Shown piece after piece: positions 1 through 10,283 of a stretch of DNA of 64,000 bases. The notes below the pieces were generated by a model. The model worked only from the letters and a program-made list of their open reading frames with translations, did not search any database and had not been told where the DNA came from. The stretch is taken from positions 32,001 through 96,000 of the forward strand of contig CAVXTH010000009.1 in NCBI GenBank assembly GCA_963764625.1, written 5' to 3'. Each line of letters opens with the position of its first letter. Position 1 is the first letter of the stretch. This DNA comes from Candidatus Krumholzibacteriota bacterium. Its GTDB lineage: Bacteria; Krumholzibacteriota; Krumholzibacteriia; JAJRXK01. The translations under genes and the position numbers were made by a program.

Positions 1-2
1 TC

Positions 3-575
3 TCCAAGAATGCCGAGCAGGTCGCGGGTGATGCCACGGTTCCGGTGGCGGCCGACGACCGTTCGGCCGTGTTCATCTCTTTGTTGGATGCTCGCGAAGA
101 CGCTGACGATACGGCGGGAGCCAAAAAGATCGCCCAGCGCTGGGCCACTTTCCTGGAAGGGGAAGCGGCGAAGGCAACCACGCCGGATGCCCGTGCGGTC
201 TTCGACTCGCATCGCCTGAGTGCCTATCTCGAGTTGGGCGAGCCGGAACGCGCCGTTCCCATGCTGAAGGCCTCCGAGCGCGATCTGCCCGACGACTACA
301 ATCCGCCCGCGCGCCTGGCCATCGTGTACCAGCGGATGGGGAAGTGGAAAGAAGCGCTCGCGGCATCCGACCGGGCCCTCGCGAAAGCGTATGGCCCACG
401 GAGGTTGGGATACCTGAGGACACGAGCCTCCATCTACGTCGACATGGGCGACACGGTCAAAGCACGGGCCACCCTGGACGGTGCATTGAAAGAGGCCGAG
501 GCCCTGCCCGAGGGGCAGCGCTCGGAGCGGCGCATCGAGCAGCTCAAGAAGTCGTTGGCCAAGCTTCAGGACTAG
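3..575 (+). CDS. TPR-repeat protein, C-terminal part (5' truncated by window edge)
   Basis: Frame is open from position 3 to TAG at 573-575; Ala/Leu-rich helical TPR-like segments (ARLAIVYQRMGKWKEALAASDRAL; RASIYVDMGDTVKARATLDGAL). Confidence 0.7.
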   Translation, partial: SKNAEQVAGDATVPVAADDRSAVFISLLDAREDADDTAGAKKIAQRWATFLEGEAAKATTPDARAVFDSHRLSAYLELGEPERAVPMLKASERDLPDDYNPPARLAIVYQRMGKWKEALAASDRALAKAYGPRRLGYLRTRASIYVDMGDTVKARATLDGALKEAEALPEGQRSERRIEQLKKSLAKLQD

Positions 576-661
576 ACGCCGGGAGCTCGAAAACTCTGCC
601 GGGTTGAACTAGCTTGTGGTTGTCCCCCCTCGGAACGGCACTCCACCGGAAGGATCAAACC

Positions 662-1483
662 ATGGCGGATCGACACGCGGGCGCTGGCAGTGATGCCGGC
701 CTCATCATGGCCTATGAGGACAGTGCGGACCGGGTGCCCGTCCTCTGGATCCACGGCTACCCTCTCAACAGCACGATGTGGGATATCCAGATAACCGATC
801 TGGCCGACGTGGCGCGCTCGATCGCCCCCGACCTGAGGGGACACGGCATGACCGAGCCCACGTCGACGACGCCCTACACCATGGGCTTGTTGGCGGACGA
901 TTGCCTTCGCCTGCTAGACCACTTGGATGCCGACGGTCCAGTAGTCGTGGCCGGGCTGTCGATGGGCGGCTACGTGGCCCTGGAACTCTGCCGCCGCGCA
1001 CCCGAGCGCGTCTTGGGGCTCATTCTGGCTTCCACCAAGGCGACGCCCGATTCGGATGCAGCGAAGAAGGCACGGGATGAGTCCGCGCGCGTCGCTGCCA
1101 CCGAAGGCATCGAAGCAATCGTCGAGGGTCTCTTGCCGAAGCTGATGGCTCCTCGAACCTATAAGAAGGATCACGAACTCGTAGAGTTCGTGAGGGGAAT
1201 CATGCTGGACACCACGCCCGAGGGAATGGTCGGAGCGTTGGCGGCCATGCGCGACCGTCCCGATTCCACTCCCGACCTGTCCGACCTGGCGATGCCTGCC
1301 CTTGTCATCCACGGCGAAGACGATCAGTTGATTCCCACCTCCGAGGCGAAAGCCATGGTACTCGCTCTCCCCACCGCGGAACTCGTTCTGGTTCCCGATG
1401 CCGGGCATATGGTGAACCTCGAGCAACCGGAGGTCTTCGATGAGGCGGTGCGCGACTTCCTCGAGTCGTTCTACGAGGAGTGA
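662..1483 (+). CDS. Alpha/beta fold hydrolase (3-oxoadipate enol-lactonase-like family)
   Basis: HGYP oxyanion motif, PDLRGHG, nucleophile elbow GLSMGG, HGEDD acid, AGH catalytic His; ATG 662 preceded by GGAAGGA. Confidence 0.9.
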   Translation: MADRHAGAGSDAGLIMAYEDSADRVPVLWIHGYPLNSTMWDIQITDLADVARSIAPDLRGHGMTEPTSTTPYTMGLLADDCLRLLDHLDADGPVVVAGLSMGGYVALELCRRAPERVLGLILASTKATPDSDAAKKARDESARVAATEGIEAIVEGLLPKLMAPRTYKKDHELVEFVRGIMLDTTPEGMVGALAAMRDRPDSTPDLSDLAMPALVIHGEDDQLIPTSEAKAMVLALPTAELVLVPDAGHMVNLEQPEVFDEAVRDFLESFYEE

Positions 1484-1525
1484 GTTTCTTGGGTGAGGGT
1501 CCATCGAGGAATGGAGCGAGGTGAC

Positions 1526-2936
1526 ATGGGTGAAAAGGTGACAGGAGATCTCGATGCGACCCTGCAGGCGGCCCGCGATCTCCTGCAGGATGCGGTAGTG
1601 ACGTACCGGGGTCGTCCGGTGGGGACGAAGGCAGCGTGCAATCCACGCTTCGAGGCCGCGTTCAATTACAGCGAGTGCTTCGTTCGGGACTTCGTCTCCG
1701 TCGCGCTGGTGTACTTGGCTGACGGCAAGCCGGAGATCGTCCGCAACTTCCTTCAGGCTGTCAACGAGGTGTGCTCGCGGGGCGAACGGATGACGGGACA
1801 GGACCTTCACCCCGGCGTGATGCTGGCGAGCTTCCGCGTGGAAAATGAGGACGGAGAAGAACGCCTCAGGGCCGACTTCGGAAATCGTGCCATCGGTCGC
1901 GTAGCTCCGGTCGATTCGATGATGTGGTGGGCGATTCTCCTGCTGATCTATGAGCGTGCCACCGGCGACACCGGCCTGGCCAAGACGACCTGAGTTTCAA
2001 CGACGGCTCGAACTCAGCCTCGACTTGTGTCTGAAGGCATCCTTCGAGGTCTTCCCCACTTTGCTCGTTCCTGATGGATGCTGCATGATCGATCGCCGGA
2101 TGGGCGTCTACGGACATCCCCTGGAGATCCAGGCCCTGTTCGGCGCGCTTCTGGACGTCGGACTCGCGCTACTGGTGCCGACCGACAGCAACCAGTCGCT
2201 CCTGGAACGCGCGGCGCAGCGACAGAAGGTGTTGAAGTCGTACGTCCGGGAGTGGTACTGGCTGGATCGGTCGCGCTTGACGGAAATCCGCCGCTTCAAA
2301 ACCGAGGAGTTTGGTTCCACGAGCGTCAACGCACTGAACATCCATCCGGATTCCATGCCCGAGTGGGTGTCCGATTGGCTGCCCGAAGAATGCGGCTTCA
2401 TGGTCGGCAATCTGGGACCCGGACGCATCGACTTCCGGTTCTTTGCCCTGGGTAATCTGCTGGCAGTGTTGTTCGCTTTGGCGAAAGACGATCATGCCAC
2501 GAATCTGTTTCGGCTCTACGACCAACGCTGGGAGGATCTCGTGGGCGACGCGCCGCTGCGGATCACCTATCCGGCGGTCGAAGACGACGAGTGGCGCGTG
2601 CTGACCGGGAGCGATCCCAAGAACACGCCGTGGAGCTATCACAACGGAGGCAGCTGGCCGGTACTTCTGTGGCCCTTCGTGGCCGCGGCTCTCCGTGCGG
2701 GCCGTCGCGATCTGGCGCAGCGCGCCTTCGATCAGGTCGCCGCGCGCTGCGCATCCGAAGACTGGCCCGAGTACTACGACGGGCATCGGGGGCGCCTCGT
2801 CGGTCGCTACGCCAACCTACGCCAGGTGTGGACAGCCTCGGGCCTGCTCGCCAGCCATCAATTGCTCCACCGTCCCGAAATCTTGGACTGGCTGCAGGTG
2901 CATACCGCGGCGCGCCGGGGCTCCGATAAGACCTAA
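1526..2936 (+). CDS. Alkaline/neutral invertase, glycoside hydrolase family 100 (split by a +1 frameshift near 1982-1990)
   Basis: GH100 motifs run across two frames: NYSECFVRDF, ADFGNRAIGRVAPVDSMMWW, then PTLLVPDGCCMIDRRMGVYGHPLEIQALF, DPKNTPWSYHNGGSWP, WPEYYDG. Removing one base at about 1983 gives TGDTGLARRPEFQ. Confidence 0.9.
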
Positions 2937-2978
2937 GCTACTGTCATTGAGGGCGTTATCTGGTTTGATCTCTCCCGT

Positions 2979-3007
2979 TTGACATACATAGAACTACAAT
3001 GTATAAT
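2979..3007 (+). promoter_or_regulatory. Consensus sigma70 promoter with an overlapping inverted repeat (likely PadR operator)
   Basis: TTGACA 2979-2984, 17-bp spacer, TATAAT 3002-3007; inverted repeat ATACAT(2984-2989)-N9-ATGTAT(2999-3004); ends 24 bp upstream of the PadR start. Confidence 0.85.
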
Positions 3008-3031
3008 GCTCCTAGGTAAGGGGGCATCACC

Positions 3032-3385
3032 GTGGATATAGGAAAGGACCTCGTCGCCGCCTCGGCGACACCGCTCGTGCTGGCCATTCTCAGCGAGGGG
3101 GAGAGCTACGGCTACGCCATCCTCAAGCGGGTCGGCGAGCTGTCGCGCGGAGAACTCGAGTGGACGGATGGCATGCTCTATCCCCTGCTGCATCGCCTCG
3201 AGCGCAAGGGCTACGTCAAGGCGGTTTGGGGTCAATCGGAGACGGGCCGGCGGCGCAAGTACTACCGCCTGACCGATGCGGGCGCCGAAGAGCTCGCCAG
3301 CCAACGCCGTCAGTGGCAAGTGGTCGATTCCGCGCTGCGGGACCTCTGGTTCACCATGGCCGGCACGGCGCCGCAGCCGGGTTGA
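3032..3385 (+). CDS. PadR family transcriptional regulator
   Basis: LAILSEGESYGYAI, GMLYPLLHRLERKG and GRRRKYYRLTDAG winged-helix signatures. Confidence 0.95.
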   Translation: MDIGKDLVAASATPLVLAILSEGESYGYAILKRVGELSRGELEWTDGMLYPLLHRLERKGYVKAVWGQSETGRRRKYYRLTDAGAEELASQRRQWQVVDSALRDLWFTMAGTAPQPG

Positions 3386-3412
3386 CGTACCTCGAACACG
3401 GAGACACGTGGA

Positions 3413-4780
3413 GTGAAGAACAACGGGTCGCTGGAAGAGCGCATTGGGGAATGGCGCAACTACCTTCGGAGGCGGCAGGCAATGCATGCCGTCGACCTCG
3501 AGGAGCTGGAGGATCATCTCCGGAGTCAGGTCGAAGCCCTGAGCCAGGCGGGACTGGACGAAGACGAAGCTTTCCTCGTCGCCGTCAAACGTCTGGGAGA
3601 CCTGGATTCGCTGTCGCGCGAATTCGCGCGCGAGTATTCCGAACGCCTCTGGAAGCAACTCGTGCTTTCACCAGAAGATAGTGCCGCTGCAACGGCCGCC
3701 TCAAGGGAAGCCATTGTCGCGGTTCTGCTGGCGATCACGGCCAGCATCGCCATCAAACTCCCCGAGCTCTTTGGGCTGCACTTCGGGGGACCGCACGCGG
3801 CCGAGTCGTTCTACCTGCGCAATCTCAGCTTTTTCGTCTTGCCCTTCCTCGCGGGATATTTCGCCTGGAAGCGGGAACTCGAACCCTCGCACTGGCTCTG
3901 GCTGAGCGCGCCGTTCTTGGCGGCGGGAGTGGTCATGAACGCAATGCCCTTCCACGCTCACGGGCACACCGAGGGACTGGCTGCCTTACATCTTCCCATT
4001 GCCCTCTGGCTGACGGTTGGATTCGCCTACGTCGGGGGACAGTGGCGCGGTCACGAGCCGCGCATGAACTACGTGCGCTTTTCCGGCGAGTGGTTCATTT
4101 ACTTCACCCTGATTGCCCTGGGTGGAGGAGTGTTGATGGGGTTCACCGCCTTCCTCTTTCGGGCCATCGGACTGCAGCCGGGGATCTTACTCAGTGACTG
4201 GATTCTTCCCTGCGGCGCCGTCGGCGGGGTTCTCGTGGCCGCCTGGCTCGTGGAGTGTAAGCAGAGCGTCATCGAAAACATGGCGCCGGTGCTCACACGC
4301 CTGTTCACGCCGCTGTTTGCCGTCATGCTCCTGTTCTTCGTGGGAACCATGGTCGTCACCGGCAACGCGATCGATGTGGGGCGTGAAGTTCTCATCGGCT
4401 TCGACCTGCTTCTGGTGCTGGTGCTGGGCTTGTTACTCTATTCGATCTCGGCCCGCGATCCGATGGCCCCCGCCGGTCTCTTCGATCGACTTCGCCTCGT
4501 ACTGGTTTTGTGCGCGCTTCTGGTCGACGCGTTGGCGCTGTGGGCCATCGCCGCGCGCATCGCGGAGTTCGGCTTCAGTCCCAACAAGGTGGCCGCGCTG
4601 GGAGAGAACCTCATTCTCCTGGTCAACCTAGGCTGGTCGGCCGTGCTCTACGCCCGGTTCTTGGCAAAGCGCGCCTCGTTCGCGCCTCTCGAGCGCTGGC
4701 AGACGCGGTACATCCCGGTGTATTTGATCTGGGCCTGGGTGGTGGTCGTGGCTTTCCCGCTCGTGTTCAAGTTTCAGTAG
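3413..4780 (+). CDS. PadR-associated multi-pass membrane protein with N-terminal 'permease prefix' domain
   Basis: N-terminal ELEDHLRSQVEALSQAGLDEDEAFLVAVKRLG typical of PadR partner proteins, followed by about 10-11 hydrophobic segments; 27 bp after padR. Confidence 0.8.
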   Translation: MKNNGSLEERIGEWRNYLRRRQAMHAVDLEELEDHLRSQVEALSQAGLDEDEAFLVAVKRLGDLDSLSREFAREYSERLWKQLVLSPEDSAAATAASREAIVAVLLAITASIAIKLPELFGLHFGGPHAAESFYLRNLSFFVLPFLAGYFAWKRELEPSHWLWLSAPFLAAGVVMNAMPFHAHGHTEGLAALHLPIALWLTVGFAYVGGQWRGHEPRMNYVRFSGEWFIYFTLIALGGGVLMGFTAFLFRAIGLQPGILLSDWILPCGAVGGVLVAAWLVECKQSVIENMAPVLTRLFTPLFAVMLLFFVGTMVVTGNAIDVGREVLIGFDLLLVLVLGLLLYSISARDPMAPAGLFDRLRLVLVLCALLVDALALWAIAARIAEFGFSPNKVAALGENLILLVNLGWSAVLYARFLAKRASFAPLERWQTRYIPVYLIWAWVVVVAFPLVFKFQ

Positions 4781-4813
4781 GTTCCGGCGCCACGGCCGTG
4801 CCAAGCTGAAGCA

Positions 4814-6346
4814 TCATTGCCGGGCAGGTTCGGAGAAGACCTCCGCCTGAAACACCGACAATCTCGCGCCTTCGCGCCAGGCGTCGGCGGGTAAGCCGGC
4901 TTTACGGCTCAACGCGCTTAGCAGCTCGCTACGGTTCCACCCCTGCTCGGACGCCACTTGGGGCAGAAAGACCGCCGAGCGCCCGGACTTGCGCAGCACC
5001 ACTCCGTCACGGCCCAACACGATTTCGTCGGGACCGGCGACTTCGCGAGCGAGAGACAGCACGGAGATTTCGATTTCCACCTCGTCCAGTTCCCCTGCCC
5101 GCAGCGGTGGGAAGCGACGGTCGTTGAACGCCGCCTGCAACGCCATGGCGCCGACCACCTGCCCCAAGGGTTCATCCTCCGCCATGTGACCGATGCACCC
5201 GCGCAGTGCGCCGTGCTTGCGGAGGGTGACGAAGGCTCCCTGCTTACTCTTCAGAGCGGGGGAGTCCTCGCGGAACAAGGGCGTGGTCTCCGAGGCCAGG
5301 TACTGGGCGATGGTGTGGCGCGCGAACTTCAAGAGCGCGGCGCGATCGTCGTCGCTCAAGCGACCTTGGGGTGGGGGAGTCGGTGCCGGCGGAGCCAGAG
5401 CCGCGGTGTCGGACGGGCGATCTCCAGCGGTCAGAGTCACTGCCGCGTAACCGACACAGCGGTCGGCTTCACCCACCGCCGTGTCACCGCTGTTGGCGAG
5501 ACTGAGGACCGAGGCGCGCGTGGCGCCCAACAACCGGGCTGCCGTCATCACGACGATGATATCTCCCTCGCCACACGCACAGGTGGCCAAACCTGGGTGC
5601 CCCGCCTTCATCTCCTGGTGGATGGTCTTCTGCAGGGCGTTTGGATCGAGGCTCGCGATGGCCGAAACGACGGCGTGGTCACTGGCCATGGCGACCTCGT
5701 GAGGAGGGTAGTGGGAGAGGTCGCTACTGGCCACGAGAAGTGGATGGCGTCCGGCCAGTGCCTTCCCCAGGGCGTGACCGAACTTCCGCCATAAACCGTC
5801 ATCGGCGCCACCGACCACGACCGCCACGATGGGCACCTCGGGCAACACGACCTGGGCAAACGGCACCTGCACTTCCACCGAGTGTTCCTCGCGATCGGCC
5901 CGCTCTGCGTAGGCAAATCGCGGATCGGCCCGGCTCAACTCGGCCGCGAGGCTCTGCTCGCATCGCGCGACACCCAGTGGAGTTCGGTATCCCGGGCCGT
6001 CGTACACGGAGATGCCATCGAAGCCGGCGGCTCGGTGATTGATGCCCACGATGACGATCAGATCGTAGTTGCGGCCGGCCGCCTGTTTCCAAGCATCGGC
6101 CGCGATCTGTCCGGAGTAGAGGTAACCCGCGTGCGGGACGATCAGAGCCAGCGGAAGTTCCGGCCGAACCGGGACCGCGGCGTCGAGATACTCCCGAATG
6201 GCGACCCTCAGATGCGTGGGGTCTTCCGGATAGAACGAACCGGCCACGGCAGGCGGACGCGGTGTCTTCGTCGTCTTGGCCGATACGCCCGCCGCGACCG
6301 CGCAGAGCAAGAGACAGCAGAGGCATGCGACCGAGAGCTTGCGCAC
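4814..6346 (-). CDS. amrB: AmmeMemoRadiSam system protein B (Memo)-protein A (AMMECR1) fusion
   Basis: Memo motifs RPPAVAGSFYP, PHAGYLYSG, EHSVEVQ, SSDLSHY, CACG, NSGD, VGYAA; AMMECR1 motifs GAFVTL, LRGCIG, DRRFPPL, EISVLS, FLPQVA, KAGL; N-terminal signal-peptide-like stretch. Confidence 0.92.
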   Translation of the reverse strand: MRKLSVACLCCLLLCAVAAGVSAKTTKTPRPPAVAGSFYPEDPTHLRVAIREYLDAAVPVRPELPLALIVPHAGYLYSGQIAADAWKQAAGRNYDLIVIVGINHRAAGFDGISVYDGPGYRTPLGVARCEQSLAAELSRADPRFAYAERADREEHSVEVQVPFAQVVLPEVPIVAVVVGGADDGLWRKFGHALGKALAGRHPLLVASSDLSHYPPHEVAMASDHAVVSAIASLDPNALQKTIHQEMKAGHPGLATCACGEGDIIVVMTAARLLGATRASVLSLANSGDTAVGEADRCVGYAAVTLTAGDRPSDTAALAPPAPTPPPQGRLSDDDRAALLKFARHTIAQYLASETTPLFREDSPALKSKQGAFVTLRKHGALRGCIGHMAEDEPLGQVVGAMALQAAFNDRRFPPLRAGELDEVEIEISVLSLAREVAGPDEIVLGRDGVVLRKSGRSAVFLPQVASEQGWNRSELLSALSRKAGLPADAWREGARLSVFQAEVFSEPARQ

Positions 6347-6622
6347 GGGGATCGGCTCCTTCCCGGTAATGCATCGGGTTTTGAACTCACCGGACGCGCC
6401 GGTTCAGCTCCGGACACCGGCGAGGCCAGACCGGGCGGTCAGGGCGTCGCCACAGCCCTCGCCAGAAAAGAAGGGGTGAAGGACCGTGTTCTGCCAGCGA
6501 AACACGACTTTTCGCTCAGCAGGTCTCGGAGAGGTAGGGGGGCGTGGCATGGCTCCTAACTGGTGTGGTAGGATGGAATGACTCCATCCGGGCTCCGGTC
6601 CCCACCCGAAAGGAGACTCGTC

Positions 6623-9600
6623 ATGGCCGCCCGTATCGCTACGGTCCTCATGGTCGCTGCCTCTCTCCTCAGCGCTCCGAGTGCGTTCGCCGCCGACGAT
6701 GAGGGCCGAACAGAAGCCGCCGCCCGCCTGGCGCGCCTCATCGCTTCGGCCCAGCCGAGCCCGGTCACTCTTCCCGATCCCAACGGGCCACGCAGCACGC
6801 AACCCGGTCAGCTCGTCACCCATGATCTTAAGACCGGGAAGACCTTCGTCCACACCGAGTTCGGGCCGGCGCCAAGTGCAGCGAGGGCTTCGGTTCCAGC
6901 GGGAGCCGGTGCTCTCGAGCTGCTAGGCGATTCTTCGATGGTACCGGGCTCGAGCAAGAACTTCACTTTTTGGCAGGCGGTTGCCGATCCGACGAGTGGA
7001 ACCTACCCGCGGCGCGTCCGCATCCAGTCGAAGTTTCTGGACAGTACAGACACCCTGCGGACCTTTTATGGTTCGGGCACCCTCATCGACTCCTACCATG
7101 TCATCACGGCGGCGCACGTCATCTACATGTTGCCCGGCGGTCCCTACGTCTATCCCGACCCATGGGCGCAATCGGTTACGGTGGTGCCCGCCTACTCGAA
7201 CGGCACGGCCCCCTTCGGGGACGCCACGGCCACCGCGCTGCATTCGTGGACCAACTTCACGGTCGACGCCGACTGGCAGCACGACCTCGGCGTGATCACC
7301 CTGGATCGGCCCATCGGTGGCCTGACGGGATGGTGGGGTTACGGCTACAACACGGACTACAACTACTACACGAGCGGCACGTGGCGGCACGCGGGTTGGC
7401 CGGGCGAGGATCCCTACGACGGGGAGACCCTGTACGAGAATGTAGGCACCTTCGATCAATCTCCCATCGACGGATGGGACTGGCGCATCGGGTTCTTCGC
7501 GCCCACCTGGGGAGGCACGAGCGGTGCGGGGGCAGTTCGCGATGGAGCGGTCTTCGGAGTGTTTTCCGGTAGCAATCGCATCGACCACTCCGAAGACGTG
7601 ATTTTGACTCCCACCAAATTCAGTCATATCGAAGGCTGGATCAATGCTTTGACGCCGTCCGGCTGGGATCTGATTCCGATGTTCGTGCAGACCGACGCCT
7701 CAGTTCTCGCCGGCGCGAGCTTGAGCTCGCTGAGCTTCGTGCTGCACAACTACGGCGCGTCCTGGGCGAACACGACCGTCAACTACACGATCTACCTCTC
7801 CAGCGATGCGAGCATCACCAGCTCCGACCTATACCTGGGAACGGGAAGTTTCTCCATTTCCCTTCCCGACAAGAACTCCCAGCTCATCACCCTGTCACCG
7901 CCGAGCATTCCGTCTTATGTCGCATCGGGCGATTGGTTTGTCGGCGTCATCATCGACGTGCCCGATGCCGACGCGAGCAACAACGACACCAGTGGACAGG
8001 AAGCCGCGCCGCTGACGGTGAGCTGTGCCGCGGCGCCCCCGGCACCGATCCTGACCGCGCCCAACGACGGCGCGCAGTGCCGGCCGCGGGACAATCTCTA
8101 TCTGACGTGGAGCGATCTCGGCTCGGGAGACGAATACGAGATCCAGTTGGGAACGTCTCCGGGCACGGGCTCGGTCTCGACGGTCTCGAATCAGACGAAT
8201 CTCCCGCTCTCCGGCTTGGCCGCCAGCACGACCTACTACTGGCGGGTACGCGGCCGGCTGGGTTGCGGCAGCTTCGGACCCTGGTCGGCCAGCCGCAGCT
8301 TTCGCACCGAGCCGAACCTCTATGGGGTGAGCACCCTGGTCGAACCAACCGACGGCGAACACTGTCTATCGCAATCGGTGACTCTGGGATGGACCGCCCT
8401 TCCCGATGCCGCCAGCTACGAGGTGCAGATCAGCCCGAACTGGTGCTACGAGGGTGCGATCACGAGTGGAATCATTGGAACGCAGTACACCGCGAATGGG
8501 CTGACGCCCAACACGACCTACTACTGGCGCGTGCGGGCTCTGACCACATGTGGTGACATGACGGACTGGAGTAGCGTGCCGGGCTTCTGCTGGACCTTCA
8601 AGACCGCTCCGAGTTCGATTTCCCCACCCACGATCATCGGACCGGCCGATGGCGCGACCTGCGCCAACTTGCTGATCTGGAATCACGCCGAGGACTGGGA
8701 TCATTACGAAGTGCAGGTGGGAACCGCCTGCGGCACGGGCACCATCTACACCACGGTGTCCAATGGACTGTGGCCGGAAGGACTTGTCGACGGCGAGGTG
8801 TACGTGTGGCGGGTACGTACGGTGCACGAGTGTGGGCTCACGAGCGACTGGACAGCCTGTCGCAGCTTCACCCTCGATCAAGAGCCCCCGACCAACCCCA
8901 CGACTCTGACGAGCAATTCGCATCAGGTAGGGGTGTGGTCGACCGACAACACGATCGACGTCTATTGGGATTGGGGGTACGACAACTGCTCCGGGAGCTT
9001 TCCTCAATACGCAACCCTGTGGGACACGAATCCCACCACCGAACCCACCATCCCGACGACCAGCGGCGAGACGACTCTGGAAACCAGTCCACCCTTGCCC
9101 GACGGTCAGTCGCACTGGTTTCACGTGCGGACCATCGACTGGGCCGGTAACATGGCCTTGGACACGCTGCACCTCGGACCGTTCTGGATCGACGCGACTC
9201 CGCCCGACTCGGTCGAGGGACTGTGGCTCTGCGAGCCGCTGGGGCTGCCCGGAGATTTCGACCCCCTCACGGCTCAGTGGGATGCCACCGTCGACTCGAC
9301 TTCGGGCCTGGCCGGCTATTCCTGGGTCGTGGTGACGGGATTGCCGGCGGCCGCGGTGCCCGACGACCTCGTCGAGACTTCCGGTGAGAGCGCGAATCCA
9401 GTTCTGTCCAGTGGAGGTGGGTGGTCCTTCGGGGTAAAGGCGGTGGACAACGCCGGAAACAGCGGTCCGGTGAGCGCGGTGGGTCAGGTCCTCCACAATC
9501 CCAACTTGCCGGAATTCCTGGCTCCCGTGTGCGGGACAGAGCTGAACGAGGGGCAGTCCTACGACGTCGAGTGGGAACCAGTGAGCGGGGTTGCGGGAGG

Positions 9601-10112
9601 ACGCCTGCGTCTCTCGACCGACGGAGGTGCGAGCTTTTCCCTCGTCACCGAACTCGACGTGAGCACACTCGCGGCCGGCACCTGGAGCTGGACGGTGCCC
9701 CAGGCCGATACCGACCGGGCGCTTCTCCAGCTCGAGCTCGACTATGCGGGCGGCCGTCCCACCGCGGCCAGCCGCTTCTTCACCATCAACCTGGTCACTG
9801 CGACTCTCCCGGGCGAGCTGCCCAGTATCCAGGGCGTACGACTCGTGGGCAACTACCCGAACCCCTTCAATCCCGCGACAACGATCGTCTTCCGCGTGGA
9901 GCAGACGACCAAAGTGCGGCTGGAGATCTACGACCTCGCGGGTCGCAGGGTGCGCCGACTGGTCGACGGCCTGCGCAACGGACCGCAGCAGCATGAAGTG
10001 ATCTGGAACGGTTGCGGCAGACGACGGGCGCAGAGTCGCGAGTGGAGTCTACTTCTGCCGGTTGGCAACTCCCTTGGGGAACGCGACGCAGCCGATGGTG
10101 TTGTTGGAGTGA
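6623..10112 (+). CDS. Large secreted V8/trypsin-like serine protease with Ig-like and fibronectin type III repeats and a FlgD-Ig/T9SS-like CTD (+1 frameshift near 10012-10020)
   Basis: RBS AGGAG, signal peptide, triad motifs TAAH / HDLGVI / GGTSG, repeated YYWRVR FN3 motifs, NYPNPFNP. The shifted frame gives DDGRRVASGVYFCRLATPLGNATQPMVLLE* (TGA 10110-10112), the canonical CTD end, followed by a hairpin. Confidence 0.85.
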
Positions 10113-10125
10113 TCACCTGCGCCAA

Positions 10126-10152
10126 GCGGGGCCCGGACGCACCGGGCCCCGC
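10126..10152. terminator. GC-rich hairpin between convergent genes
   Basis: GCGGGGCCCGG-acgca-CCGGGCCCCGC perfect 11-bp stem, 13 bp after the corrected stop at 10112; no strong U-tract. Confidence 0.55.
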
Positions 10153-10283
10153 CATCTCGAGGAACTTCCTACTCTCTCCACGCTTTGGTACTGAACTCAG
10201 GCCTTCGGCATCATGTCACGGATGGCCTGCATCTGGGCCTCCTCGAACGCGCGCCCCGCGAAGGTTCTGGCCTTGCGACCGGG

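Noticed and set aside
1976-1996. Programmed +1 frameshift at ACC TGA in the invertase
   Set aside because: No RF2-like CTT TGA slippery site; family alignment (LA.RPE.Q) places the shift before the stop, which fits a simple indel
8366-9994. Long antisense ORFs (8366..9994 -, also 26019..27137 +, 27852..29144 +, 43235..44410 +, 51019..52170 -)
   Set aside because: Shadow ORFs opposite well-supported genes, expected in high-GC DNA; no recognisable motifs
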